A stretch of 64,000 bases of DNA from an uncultured virus (IMG/VR IMGVR_UViG_3300021961_000061) (Duplodnaviria > Heunggongvirae > Uroviricota > Caudoviricetes): the IMG/VR virus record IMGVR_UViG_3300021961_000061. One strand, given 5' to 3'. Each line of letters starts with the position of its first letter. The first letter of the stretch is position 1. The notes below the pieces were generated by a model. The model did no database searches. It saw only the letters and a list, made by a program, of their open reading frames with translations, and had not been told where the DNA came from. Below, piece after piece: positions 1 to 10,087 of this stretch. The position numbers were made by a program, and so were the translations under genes.

Positions 1-570
1 GACCCCGAGGTCCCTGAGGTACCATCACTTCCACTTGTTCCCGCAGTTCCACTTGTTCCCGCCGTTCCTGAAGTACCATCACTTCCTGAAGTTCCTGCAG
101 TTCCACTCGTTCCACTCGTTCCAGCCGTTCCATCTGAACCCGAGGTCCCTGAGGTACCATCACTTCCACTTGTTCCCGCAGTTCCACTTGTTCCCGCAGT
201 TCCTGATGTGCCGTCTTGGCCGCTTGTGCCAGAAGTACCCGCAGTTCCACTTGTTCCCGCAGTTCCATCCGAACCCGAAGTTCCTGAAGTACCATCACTT
301 CCTGAAGTTCCCGATGTACCATCTATACCACTAGTACCCGCCGTTCCGTCTGTACCGCTAGTGCCAGAAATACCTGAAGTACCACTAGTACCTGAAGTTC
401 CACTCGTACCCGCAGTTCCATTTGAACCTGAAGTTCCGGAGGTACCATCGACACCTGAAGTTCCGGAGGTACCATCGACACCTGAAGTTCCGGAGGTACC
501 ATCAGTTCCACTTGTACCTGAAGTACCTGAAGTACCTGATGTACCTGATGTACCTGAAGTTCCCGATGTG
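1..570. repeat. 9-bp-period coding tandem repeats (collagen-like domain), including 27-bp units at 427-503 and a ~58-bp duplication at 4-61/139-196
   Basis: cctgaagttccggaggtaccatcgaca occurs twice plus a partial third copy; cccgaggtccctgaggtaccatcacttccacttgttcccgcagttccacttgttcccg is present twice, 135 bp apart. Confidence 0.9.
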
Positions 571-1496
571 CTAGTAATTCCTGAAACTGAAACTATTGTA
601 CCATCGCTATTTTCTAAAGTGAGGGTACCAGTTCCTTGGTTGAATGTTCCACCTGTCAAAACACCTGTGAATCCTGAAATACTAACTGTACCTCCCGTTG
701 AATTGAATAAATCTAAAGTAGTGGTGGCAGAGTAGTATGTTCCACCTGTTACAGTAGTTCCTCCACCTGAAGTTGTTATACCCGTAACGGTAACCGATGT
801 ACCATCGCTATTGTTAAGGGTTAAGGCCGATGTATTAGCGTCATAAGTTCCTCCTGTGACAACCCCTGTGAAACCAGAAATCGAAATAGTTCCACCTGTA
901 TTATTGAATAAGTCTAAAGTGGTTGTCCCTGAATTATATGTTCCTCCAGTAATTTGGATGTCCGAACCCCAAAATACTCTCCAACGAGCGTTTTCTCTTG
1001 TTACTCCACTTTGACCCTCGATTGTTGAACCTGTCCATGCAGCAATAAGTGCTTGACCCGCAGGTCTTGTACCTGGTTTGTTAACGACAGTATATGAAGT
1101 AGCACCTGTTGAAATAGACCCTTCAGCAACCGCATTATCCCATAAAGTTTCATAATCATCAATTTGGTGCTGATAGGTCGTGTCATTTTCATGAACATAA
1201 ACCATCATTCCAAGTCTTCTTCTACCTGTGGAGATTCCGTCAGAATTAAGTGTTATGTTATCAGCAAGAACAGGATTCGGAGCTTTATAGAACGCAACAG
1301 GAATTGTATTTCCTGAATTGGCAATATTTCCCACACCTCCATATGTAGAGTACTCTAAGTCACTCAAGGACCAAACCTCCATGTAGCCTCCAACCAGACT
1401 AACACTAAATGTTACACCAAAAGTTTCTGTTAAAGTTGGACTGGTTGTACCCTGTGCAGGGATTCCGCCAATTGGATTTTTGTAGGGAAAGCTCAT
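1..1496 (-). CDS. Collagen-like (Gly-X-Y, mostly GTS/GTA/GSD) fibre protein, partial (runs off left edge)
   Basis: Not in the ORF track because there is no stop in the window. Manual translation from ATG at 1496 gives MSFPYKNPIGG...RRRLGMMVYVHE..., then duplicated TGGTY..TLDLFNxTGGTxSISGFTGVxTGGT units, then ~190 aa of uninterrupted G-X-Y triplets (GTSGTSGTDGTSG...). Confidence 0.85.
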   Translation of the reverse strand, partial: MSFPYKNPIGGIPAQGTTSPTLTETFGVTFSVSLVGGYMEVWSLSDLEYSTYGGVGNIANSGNTIPVAFYKAPNPVLADNITLNSDGISTGRRRLGMMVYVHENDTTYQHQIDDYETLWDNAVAEGSISTGATSYTVVNKPGTRPAGQALIAAWTGSTIEGQSGVTRENARWRVFWGSDIQITGGTYNSGTTTLDLFNNTGGTISISGFTGVVTGGTYDANTSALTLNNSDGTSVTVTGITTSGGGTTVTGGTYYSATTTLDLFNSTGGTVSISGFTGVLTGGTFNQGTGTLTLENSDGTIVSVSGITSTSGTSGTSGTSGTSGTSGTSGTDGTSGTSGVDGTSGTSGVDGTSGTSGSNGTAGTSGTSGTSGTSGISGTSGTDGTAGTSGIDGTSGTSGSDGTSGTSGSDGTAGTSGTAGTSGTSGQDGTSGTAGTSGTAGTSGSDGTSGTSGSDGTAGTSGTSGTAGTSGSDGTSGTAGTSGTAGTSGSDGTSGTSG

Positions 1497-1503
1497 CTTT
1501 TTC

Positions 1504-3507
1504 TTATATTAAAGTTCCTCCTCGGAAGTAGTTATTTGTGTTATCCACAGTAAAGGCAGTACCATTAATCCAACCACCACCTGGAGACGCGTTAGTAAAG
1601 ACTTTATAGGTAGTATTAAACCAATTAGGACCTGTGTAAATAACATCATATACATAAATAGTCCCATCAGTCGAGGTGTTCACCAATGAATTAGGTGCAT
1701 TGTTATAATTTATTCCAACAGTTGAATAAACTTGAGAATTTATCAAACTTGATGGTACCCACACTGAGTAAACAATACTTCCACTAATTGTTCCACCAAC
1801 AACTTCTGTTGTTTCAAATTTGTATTGTTCAATCGGATTTCCGTAGGTATCAGAACCGCCAGAAGTTTGTGGTACATCAATTTGTATAACACCAGGTTGA
1901 CTTGTGGTTCCTGTTACGAAACCTGGCCAATCCATGTATATTGCCAAATCACCAGCGTTAATACCAAATATACCAGGTGTGAATCCATACCAAGAACTTG
2001 CGTTAGTTAACATGTAAGAACCAATGTCAGTATTATCAGGTCCTGAGAATTGTGCGTCATCACCTGATTCCATGAACAACAGAGCCTGAGCTGTTGGACC
2101 CGCTCCCGGGCTTGGTGTTGGAGTTGGGGTGGTTGTATTAGTTGGTGTTGGACTTGGTGACGATGTTTCAGATGGGGTTGGTGTATTTGTTGAAGTTGCA
2201 GTCGGTGTAGGTGTTTCAGTATTAGTTGGTGTTACCGAAGGCGTATTAGTTGGGGTTTCCGTTGGAGTTGGGGTAGGTGTGCTTGTCTCAGTATTTGTAG
2301 GAGTGTTAGTTGGGGTTTCGGTTGGAGTTGGCGTATTAGTCGCCGTTTCTGTCGGAGTTGGTGTATTAGTTGGGGTTTCCGTTGGAGTTGGTGTAGGAGT
2401 TGGAGTTTCCGTGCTCGTTGGGGTTACGGAAGGCGTATTAGTTGGGGTTTCCGTTGGAGTTGGTGTAGGTGTGCTTGTCTCAGTATTTGTAGGTGTGTTA
2501 GTTGGGGTTTCGGTTGGCGTTGGTGTAATAGAAGCCGTCACCGAAGGAGTCGGAGTATTACTTGGCGTTGATGTTGGTGTTAAGCCAATAGTTGCGGTCG
2601 GTGTTGGAGTTTGGGTAGGAGTACCTGTCGCAGTCGGAGTTGAAGTTTCAGTTGGGGTGTTGGTGTTTGTTGGCGTTGGAGTCGGAGTTGGAGTCTCACT
2701 ACTTGTATTTGTTGGTGTATTAGTTGGAGTTGGAGTATTGGTTGGTGTTTCGGTGTTACTTGGGGTAACGGAAGGGGTATTTGTTGGCGTGGCTGTTGGT
2801 GTTTCAGTTGCTGTTGGGGTCAACCCTTCAGTTACGGAAGGTGTTGGCGTTATAGTTGGTGTTGGAGTTGATGTGTTCGAAGGTGTTGGTGTTGGAGTGG
2901 CAAATACCGCAGTCGGTTCTACCAATATTGTGTTACCTGTGAACGAGAATGTTGAGGTTCTATCCAACGCATCGAAGTTGGCTGAAGCCAAGAATGCTGT
3001 CGTAGAACCCGTTAAATTACCAGGACCGATACCAATTGCAGAGAGTGCACTATATGTTCCTCCTGTCGATATTCCTAAAATTTGTTCAATTGTAATATCA
3101 ATAGAGAAATCCAATGCACGATTCAGCGTAGCCTCATATTCAATATCAATAGACCCTGGATTGACAAATGATATAATATCAAGAACCGCTATTGTAGGTG
3201 TCGGTGTAGGTGTCGGTGTAGATGTTGGTGTTGCACCTGGAGGTGTTGGCGTTGGCGTGGGTGTTGGAGTTGCTGTCGGAGTACCCAAACATACAACCAC
3301 ACCATTTATAAGTTCATTTCTTGTTACAGATACAAAATAAGGTGTTGAACCTGTTGAGTTAATAAAAACATCAAAAGGACCGATAGCGTTAGAACTGTAT
3401 GGTAACCTTACAATATAACACTCCGAACCGGTTACATTGACCTGTTGAGCAACCGAGGTATCACAACCCGGTGCGGTATTAACAACAATAATAGTTTCTA
3501 ACGCCAT
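1504..3507 (-). CDS. Thr-Pro-rich (mucin-like) structural/fibre protein
   Basis: 667-aa ORF with a ~270-aa (TP)n/TPTNTPT tract between two small N-terminal beta domains and a ~195-aa C-terminal domain; TATTTATA motif upstream. Confidence 0.75.
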   Translation of the reverse strand: MALETIIVVNTAPGCDTSVAQQVNVTGSECYIVRLPYSSNAIGPFDVFINSTGSTPYFVSVTRNELINGVVVCLGTPTATPTPTPTPTPPGATPTSTPTPTPTPTIAVLDIISFVNPGSIDIEYEATLNRALDFSIDITIEQILGISTGGTYSALSAIGIGPGNLTGSTTAFLASANFDALDRTSTFSFTGNTILVEPTAVFATPTPTPSNTSTPTPTITPTPSVTEGLTPTATETPTATPTNTPSVTPSNTETPTNTPTPTNTPTNTSSETPTPTPTPTNTNTPTETSTPTATGTPTQTPTPTATIGLTPTSTPSNTPTPSVTASITPTPTETPTNTPTNTETSTPTPTPTETPTNTPSVTPTSTETPTPTPTPTETPTNTPTPTETATNTPTPTETPTNTPTNTETSTPTPTPTETPTNTPSVTPTNTETPTPTATSTNTPTPSETSSPSPTPTNTTTPTPTPSPGAGPTAQALLFMESGDDAQFSGPDNTDIGSYMLTNASSWYGFTPGIFGINAGDLAIYMDWPGFVTGTTSQPGVIQIDVPQTSGGSDTYGNPIEQYKFETTEVVGGTISGSIVYSVWVPSSLINSQVYSTVGINYNNAPNSLVNTSTDGTIYVYDVIYTGPNWFNTTYKVFTNASPGGGWINGTAFTVDNTNNYFRGGTLI
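2110..2900. repeat. Coding low-complexity Thr-Pro repeat with a ~89-bp near-perfect direct repeat (2237-2325 / 2429-2517)
   Basis: gaaggcgtattagttggggtttccgttggagttgg.gtaggtgtgcttgtctcagtatttgtagg.gtgttagttggggtttcggttgg is repeated with a 192-bp offset. Confidence 0.85.
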
Positions 3508-3518
3508 GATTTTTCTAT

Positions 3519-3526
3519 TATAAATA
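3519..3526 (-). promoter_or_regulatory. Putative late-gene motif TATTTATA
   Basis: Sense TATTTAT motif 11 nt upstream of the ATG at 3507; recurs upstream of 13 genes. Confidence 0.6.
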
Positions 3527-3571
3527 CAATTGACTTAGAGTTTTATTTACTTGACTTTCATTTTTATTTTA

Positions 3572-3973
3572 TTATAAAACCAACTCCATTGTTGGAACCG
3601 CCTCACACACTACCGGTGCATATGATGTTGTAAACTCACAAACAGATTCCGCCACCGTAGTGGTAAATTCACAAGTGGATTCTGTTACCGTCATTGTAAC
3701 AGTACAGTCTGCGAGTTCCACAGAAATAGTAAATCCACAACCAAAGGTACAATCTAATATTTTGAATTTTTCACACCCATTATTATCAATAAGGGTGAGC
3801 ATAATTTGAGGTGCCGAATTAAATAAACTCGGAGGATAAAAATATGCATCAGGTGGAATTACACCTGTATTTGTAATTGTACCAAGTAAAAATTGGTTAT
3901 TCCCATAAATGTCAGATACATAAACATTTATAGGAACCGCCCCCGATACTGCCGATATTCTTATCTGTGTCAT
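3572..3973 (-). CDS. Small Cys-containing structural protein with 11-aa Cys-periodic C-terminal repeats
   Basis: ATG at 3973 overlaps the upstream stop (ATGA); C-terminus reads CGFTISVELAD/CTVTMTVTEST/CEFTTTVAESV/CEFTTSYAPVV/CE. Confidence 0.65.
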   Translation of the reverse strand: MTQIRISAVSGAVPINVYVSDIYGNNQFLLGTITNTGVIPPDAYFYPPSLFNSAPQIMLTLIDNNGCEKFKILDCTFGCGFTISVELADCTVTMTVTESTCEFTTTVAESVCEFTTSYAPVVCEAVPTMELVL

Positions 3974-6900
3974 GTCAAACAAATAATGTCATATACTATA
4001 ATTAGTTTGACACTCACTTCTTGATTGACTATTGGACTATTTGGACTCGCAGAAATTGAAATTTGATTTGTAAGTGGGTCAACTGAAACCGAACTAATTC
4101 CACTAACACTTTGTAACAGAGATGTTATTGTATTATACCAAACATTATCACTTGGAACATCTACCAATGTTGTTCCTGTATAAAATGTGTTACTTAATAC
4201 CGTATTTTGAGGTTGAACCTCAACTTGTGCTGTGAAAATGGCACTAATAAGAGAACAATCTGTGTTACCCGAAGTTAAATCATTGAAACCTTCAACTAAA
4301 ATTTGGTTAATTCCATGTTTAGTTGGTGAAAGGATGTTAAATACATCAGACCCCATAGTGTAGGTTTGGTAAGTAACACATTGAGCTATACACTCAATTG
4401 TCGTTTGTCTTGCAAGTGAACAACCATACGCATCTTGAACTATTAAAGTATAAGTCCCCCCCGTCAAACCAGTAACATTTATACTCTGTGGGTTACCTGC
4501 AACATTATCCCCCCATGTAAACGAATAAGGTGCGGTTCCATCGGTTATAAACGCGGTGATGGTTCCTTCACTACCCGACCCACATGAAGTGGAGTACAGA
4601 GAGAAATTAACAGGAGGGGTAGAGGTTACAGTAAATGGTGTATAGAGGGTACAACCTGAAGCGTCTGTCACCGAAAGAAGGTGTTGACCCACAGTAACAT
4701 TGTTATATGTTACGGAAGTTAGGGTAGAATCAATAATGTTGTTAGTTCCATCAATTGAATAAGTTACTGGAAGGGTTGCTCCTGAGGAAATTTGTACATT
4801 GACAATACCTCCTGAGTTTCCACAAGTTGTTCCTGTGATTGCTAAAGTCGTAGTAAATTTATCTTCAGAGATTAGTGTGGCAGTCGTTGAATATGCACAA
4901 CCTGTGGTGTCCTCAACAAAAATCGTGTAGGTTCCCGTTGAAAGATTGGAGAATACTTCAGTGGTTTGGTTACTTGTTACAATATCACTATTTCCGTTGG
5001 GGTCAATAAGGGTATAGGTATAGGGTGCAACCCCACCGATTACTTGAACAGTGATTGTTCCATCGTTTGCAGAACAGAACGAATTAGTTGTGGAGGTATT
5101 AACCGAAGAAATACCGCCAGGACTTGTGATTGAGGTTGTGGCATTAAAACTACAAAGTGCAGCATCTGTTACTTGGAACGAATAGTTTCCACTACTTAAA
5201 CCTGATAAGGTTAAACTCGTTGCATAAGTGATTTCACTGTATCCTGTACTCGCTGAGTAGTAGAATGGTGCAGTTCCCCCCGTTATAGTAATAGTGACAC
5301 TTCCGTTTGCTTCGAAACAAGTGGGAGCGACAGAACTGAATGCTCCAAGACCGATTGGGTCCACTTGGGCAACTAAAGCATTTTGTGTTAACTGACACCC
5401 ATAAAAATCTGTTACCTGAACCGAGTATACCCCCTCTGTTAATCCTGTAATACTACTGGTTGTTTCCCCATTACTCCATTGGTAAATAAACGGAGGAGTA
5501 CCTGTTACCCCTGTAACATAAATTCTTCCGAGAGGATTTGTGTCACATGAAGCATCAGGAACAACATAAAGTCCGTAGGAAAGGGGGGACGATTGTTCAA
5601 CAATGAAGTTTGCAGTCCTTCCTGTTCCACCACCACCATCGTAAGCGTAAAGGTAGTAAGTTCCTGCTGATAAACTTGTGAATTCAACAATACCTGTGTT
5701 TGTTGAGTCTGAGGCTATGAGTTCATCTGTTGATGTGTAAAGGTCGTAATAGGTTGTTGCAAATACGGATGATGATGTTCCTGTTACAGAACCATTATCT
5801 TCCCCACAAGTGGTAGCATTAACATTGAGAACCGACACACATAAACAATCCGAGACAATGATGTTAATAAAGAATTCATTGTTAACAGGAAGTTGTGAAT
5901 CGTTAACTCTTACAAAGTAGGTTCCGGCAGGTAAGTTATCTTTGAAGTCACCCAATCCGAGTTCAGGGTTATACCAATCAAAGGTATAAGGTGCAACCCC
6001 TCCTCGGGGAACAATTTGAACAGCACCAAACCCTGTTTGACAAGCACCCGTTACACTAAGAGTGTAATCAAATACCAATCCATTACCAAACCCTGGAGTT
6101 GTTGGTGAGGGTGTTGGTGTAACCGCTGGTGAGGATGTTATAGATGGTGTTGGAGTATTTGTGGGTGTTGATGCTGGTGGTGTTGTACTTGGTGTTGCTG
6201 TAATTGTGGGAGTATTGGTTGGGGTCGTCGTGTTCGTTGGGGTGGGGGTTGGAGTAGGACATAGTCCATAAACCGCATCACAGGCAACACAATCACCATA
6301 AACTGTGGCATCAATGTTATCAGTAAAGGTAGAACCGTAGGTATAAGTGGTAAAACTTCCTAAGGAAGCAACCACTTGGTAACAACCAAAATAAGACCCA
6401 AAATTAAGGATTACATATCTTGTCGACCCTATAGTCAAACCTAAGTCAGTTCCTGAGACTAACTTTAAATCCGTCTGAAAGGCACAACACCCTTGTAAGT
6501 AATATTCATAAACAGGTGTTGGTGTTGGGGTAGGTGTAGTCGTCGGTGTCGGTGTTGCAGGACATGGATTATCTAATAGACATGTGGCACAGTTGTCATA
6601 AGACCCGTAGATTTGAGGACCACTTGTTCCACCATAGGAACTTAATGTATAACAATTTTCGTTGTAAACAAATGTAACAGTACCAGGAGTATACCCACTA
6701 TTTGGAATTTGGGCGTTCAAAAAATTCGTTGGGTCACAACAGTCAACTAAGATAGCATCATACCATGTTGTAAACGAAAGACATCCGGCACCATAATCAA
6801 ATTGACATTGGTCACAGTCAGCGCTTCCATTTGTAATAGTTCCGAATCCTGGTGGATTATAAGAAACTAAAGTTCCAACCAAAGTTGTTGTTGCCGACCA

Positions 6901-7059
6901 ACATATATCGCCATTTACTGTGTCACCAGTAGAAACATATGAAAGTCCGTTTGTAAAAGTACTTCCAGGTACTCCATCAATTGTTGGGGAACATGGTTGA
7001 ATTGAAAAACTTCCATCACCATAACAACAAGTAAGATATAAAGTATTTGAACAAGACAT
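3970..7059 (-). CDS. SprB-repeat-containing putative adhesin/tail fibre protein with Cys-rich N-terminal modules and TP linkers
   Basis: 1029 aa. Repeated C..xxGsI.V..tGGtaPYty...L.aG.Y.v.V.D..GC units typical of SprB repeats; three N-terminal CC...C(Y/W)...DCxxC modules. Confidence 0.75.
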   Translation of the reverse strand: MSCSNTLYLTCCYGDGSFSIQPCSPTIDGVPGSTFTNGLSYVSTGDTVNGDICWSATTTLVGTLVSYNPPGFGTITNGSADCDQCQFDYGAGCLSFTTWYDAILVDCCDPTNFLNAQIPNSGYTPGTVTFVYNENCYTLSSYGGTSGPQIYGSYDNCATCLLDNPCPATPTPTTTPTPTPTPVYEYYLQGCCAFQTDLKLVSGTDLGLTIGSTRYVILNFGSYFGCYQVVASLGSFTTYTYGSTFTDNIDATVYGDCVACDAVYGLCPTPTPTPTNTTTPTNTPTITATPSTTPPASTPTNTPTPSITSSPAVTPTPSPTTPGFGNGLVFDYTLSVTGACQTGFGAVQIVPRGGVAPYTFDWYNPELGLGDFKDNLPAGTYFVRVNDSQLPVNNEFFINIIVSDCLCVSVLNVNATTCGEDNGSVTGTSSSVFATTYYDLYTSTDELIASDSTNTGIVEFTSLSAGTYYLYAYDGGGGTGRTANFIVEQSSPLSYGLYVVPDASCDTNPLGRIYVTGVTGTPPFIYQWSNGETTSSITGLTEGVYSVQVTDFYGCQLTQNALVAQVDPIGLGAFSSVAPTCFEANGSVTITITGGTAPFYYSASTGYSEITYATSLTLSGLSSGNYSFQVTDAALCSFNATTSITSPGGISSVNTSTTNSFCSANDGTITVQVIGGVAPYTYTLIDPNGNSDIVTSNQTTEVFSNLSTGTYTIFVEDTTGCAYSTTATLISEDKFTTTLAITGTTCGNSGGIVNVQISSGATLPVTYSIDGTNNIIDSTLTSVTYNNVTVGQHLLSVTDASGCTLYTPFTVTSTPPVNFSLYSTSCGSGSEGTITAFITDGTAPYSFTWGDNVAGNPQSINVTGLTGGTYTLIVQDAYGCSLARQTTIECIAQCVTYQTYTMGSDVFNILSPTKHGINQILVEGFNDLTSGNTDCSLISAIFTAQVEVQPQNTVLSNTFYTGTTLVDVPSDNVWYNTITSLLQSVSGISSVSVDPLTNQISISASPNSPIVNQEVSVKLIIVYDIICLT

Positions 7060-7060
7060 C

Positions 7061-10000
7061 TTATGCTACTGTTAATTCTTCTTCCAATTGTCCTTGAATA
7101 ACTTCGGGACATGTCATGGTAATGTTTATTCCAACCCCCAATGTAACAGCATCCAAAGAATTCTCTGTTACACAATTAAGGTTGGTGATGGTCAGTAAAT
7201 TTCCGTTTAAAGTATAGGTATAACCATATTGATATAAATTGTTAAGATTATCAATTAAGGTTTGTCTCCATAAATAGGCTGAAGGGTAATCGTTCATACC
7301 GAACCCTTGGTAGAAATAAGTGTTGATAATGGTTTGACTTCCAATAGTCAAAGTCAAATACCATTCTGAGACAACCGAGTTTGGATTGTATAATCCTTGG
7401 TTTGAACCAATGGAAGTTAAGTAGTTGTTTACTCTGTTAGTTAGAATAGATTGGAAGTCTGATACTGAAGTGTCTCCATTCAACCAAGGGTAGATATAAA
7501 AGTCTACATACTCCGTATTACAATCGTAATCAAAGATATTCGAAACGATGTAACAGGGTTGTGCCTCAACAGGAATAAGTTGACATCCTCTTTGTCTTCT
7601 GTAAACAAACTTTTGTTTTTGGAATATAGAGTTCTCCAATCTTACACCTCCATTCCATATAGTTGATGCTGGTATCATTTGTTCAACCAACTTCATCCAA
7701 TAAGGACCAATTGCATCCACATATTCAATAAGTTTTTGGTATGTGTACTTGTTGTTTGGTAAACCAACAGTTTGTTCAGATTCCAAATATTTCCAAAAGA
7801 TAGATTGAAGTGTTGGGTATCCACCCGTTTTACCATCTGTAATATAAAGACGGTTTCGAGTGTTAATCATATTCTGCCAAAATGTTTGGTAGAATTCAAA
7901 GAAAGTTTTCTTCTGTGGCTCGGGGTCAATTACCGTATCATCAATTCCGCCAGGTGAGGGGAAGTTTGCTGTAAACCCTGACTCAGGAATCGGATAATTG
8001 TACAATCTTGATTGGTCCCATACATCGTAAGCAAATCCTTGTCCTACATTCAAGAACAATTCAATGTTTTTAACATTGAGAACTAACTTTTCATCGTAGG
8101 TGTAGTAGTATGCATTGAATCCACCCTCGGTGTCAATTCTCAATTTATCATCAGTTGCTAACCAAGATTTTTTGTTGTCAGGTATTCTTCTTATTTTGTA
8201 ACCATCCATCATATATGGGAACTGGTTGAACCTCTGTAAGTAGATTCCACCATAGGTGAATGGTTCCAATTGAGTTTGAACATCAACATTCTGACCTGTA
8301 AACACATTTCCTGTAATGGTTACTTGGTCAGGGCTTCTGTGAGCTGGTGTTGATTCATACCAACCAGCACCTTCTTGGAAGAATACACCATTGTTACCCG
8401 AAGGATTTGGTGCTTGTGGCCAACCAAGAGCATCAACAGGATAGTCGTTTCTTCTGATGTTTACAGTTTCGTAAGTTGTTGAGGTTGTAAATGCTGTGAA
8501 TATTTGTCCTCGTATTGAGAATGTATTTCCTGGCGAAAGAGCTGGTTGTTCATTAGCATAGGTACCTCCCGACAACTGAGCAAACTGTGAATTGAAATTC
8601 GCCATATTGATTCTTTGGTCCGCCATGTAAATGTGTTCGTTGAATTCAATCAACGCGTCGGGAGCACCGATAAGTCTTAGTAAAAATTCTATCGACCTTC
8701 TTGTTCCCTTAGACTTAAACAAGTAAGCGGAGTTAAGAATCAAATTTTTGTAGAATTGGTAGTTCAATTCTGTTGGCGTTTGAGCTCTTGAAAATCCGGG
8801 GTATTCTAACTGAGTGGTATTACCAAAGACACTTTCCAAAAAGTTTTCATTGGTGATTGGTGAGAAATTACTACTCCACCCAAGTGTTTGAGCCAAATTC
8901 ACTAATAGTTGGGATGGGATATCATTTTGGGTAACATAGTTCACAGAATTCATGTTAGCCAAAGCATCGATATATTGTTTGATTTGGTCGAAACTTCTAC
9001 CGTAAATCTGAAGAATTTTTTCAACTTTGTGACCTAAGGTGTCAAATTCTTTAATGGACTCTGTAACTAAGAACCTTGAAATAAGGTTCGTTTTGTAGGT
9101 ATCCAAATCGGCGGCAATATCTCCCAAAGTAGTTAGGTAATTTTCAAACCTGTAGGATGAGATATCTAAGTTCCAACTTCCATCTTTGGGAAATGTTGCT
9201 TGAGCATATGCAGTATAAAACTGACCGTCTTGAGTTTGTTTTGGTACTTGGAAATTTGCGGTGTACTCAGGTCGAATCAAACGATTCATTAAGAACTGTT
9301 CAACCTCATCAAAATTTTCTTGGAAAACCTTATCGACAATGTAGTTACTTGGTCTGATAAGAAAATCAGTAGTCATTGTTGTGGCGGTTATTGTAGTTCC
9401 AAATGGAGAACCCGAAACCACAAAACTTAAATTACCAGTCGTAGGTGTGGTTGATGGTGTAAAATCAATTAAAGGATATGTTTCTCCCAAGTAATCCAAC
9501 ACATAATTAAGGTAACCTCGAGTTAAATTTCTATATTGTGAAACTTCGATTTCTCGTGCCATCATATTCGTGGTGGCATTTAGTGAGTACTCTATGTTGA
9601 ATGGGTTGTATACACTACCAATGGGTATGATAAATGTCGTTTCATCTTCAACGGCTTCATATGAGATATTTGTTGCAGTTAAACCTGTTGTGAAATCTGG
9701 CATTACTTGTCTAATGTCAAGAGCCGCAGGAAAATAGTTAATGATATGAGTTACGGATACTTCAAGTCTTTTAGCTAAAGAACCATAAAGAGAAAAATTT
9801 AAAACTTGCGATACATCATAGTTAGGATAAACTCGGAATTGACTTTGAATGATTCTTCTACTTTCGACAACAGAATCAACATCCAAATTTTCTAAAGAAA
9901 TTGGATTTGAAAAAGTTCCGATAGAAAATTTCCTATCAACTTTTTCTGTTACTGAAGTAGTAAAATCAAAAACCGATGAAGTAAGTCCTCCCCCTTCGAC

Positions 10001-10087
10001 AAGTTGAAATCCAACTATGTCGTCAAAAGCTCCAATACCATTACCAGGTGCTGGTGGATAGAAAAACTTCGTCGTGTTTACCGCCAT
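7061..10087 (-). CDS. Baseplate wedge-like structural protein (T4 gp7 / P2 gpI-like motif)
   Basis: 1008 aa. Contains 'LFKSKGTRRSIEFLLRLIG' and 'LLVNLAQTLGW', resembling the gp7/gpI wedge signature; lies downstream of the gp25-gp6 cluster. Confidence 0.55.
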   Translation of the reverse strand: MAVNTTKFFYPPAPGNGIGAFDDIVGFQLVEGGGLTSSVFDFTTSVTEKVDRKFSIGTFSNPISLENLDVDSVVESRRIIQSQFRVYPNYDVSQVLNFSLYGSLAKRLEVSVTHIINYFPAALDIRQVMPDFTTGLTATNISYEAVEDETTFIIPIGSVYNPFNIEYSLNATTNMMAREIEVSQYRNLTRGYLNYVLDYLGETYPLIDFTPSTTPTTGNLSFVVSGSPFGTTITATTMTTDFLIRPSNYIVDKVFQENFDEVEQFLMNRLIRPEYTANFQVPKQTQDGQFYTAYAQATFPKDGSWNLDISSYRFENYLTTLGDIAADLDTYKTNLISRFLVTESIKEFDTLGHKVEKILQIYGRSFDQIKQYIDALANMNSVNYVTQNDIPSQLLVNLAQTLGWSSNFSPITNENFLESVFGNTTQLEYPGFSRAQTPTELNYQFYKNLILNSAYLFKSKGTRRSIEFLLRLIGAPDALIEFNEHIYMADQRINMANFNSQFAQLSGGTYANEQPALSPGNTFSIRGQIFTAFTTSTTYETVNIRRNDYPVDALGWPQAPNPSGNNGVFFQEGAGWYESTPAHRSPDQVTITGNVFTGQNVDVQTQLEPFTYGGIYLQRFNQFPYMMDGYKIRRIPDNKKSWLATDDKLRIDTEGGFNAYYYTYDEKLVLNVKNIELFLNVGQGFAYDVWDQSRLYNYPIPESGFTANFPSPGGIDDTVIDPEPQKKTFFEFYQTFWQNMINTRNRLYITDGKTGGYPTLQSIFWKYLESEQTVGLPNNKYTYQKLIEYVDAIGPYWMKLVEQMIPASTIWNGGVRLENSIFQKQKFVYRRQRGCQLIPVEAQPCYIVSNIFDYDCNTEYVDFYIYPWLNGDTSVSDFQSILTNRVNNYLTSIGSNQGLYNPNSVVSEWYLTLTIGSQTIINTYFYQGFGMNDYPSAYLWRQTLIDNLNNLYQYGYTYTLNGNLLTITNLNCVTENSLDAVTLGVGINITMTCPEVIQGQLEEELTVA

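Noticed and set aside
35..735. + strand ORFs (VPEVP- and HLFP-rich)
   Set aside because: Antisense shadows of the minus-strand GTS collagen repeat.
1..2900. Tandem repeats as a possible CRISPR array or DGR template/variable repeat
   Set aside because: The repeats are in-frame coding units with no unique spacers, the differences are not adenine-specific, and no cas or reverse transcriptase gene is present.
2129..3340. 403-aa + strand Val/Gly-rich ORF
   Set aside because: Antisense mirror of the Thr-Pro repeat; no independent start context.
3530..3580. Tandem TTGACT on the + strand as an antisense promoter
   Set aside because: No convincing 17-nt-spaced -10 element and no downstream + strand gene; AT-rich background.
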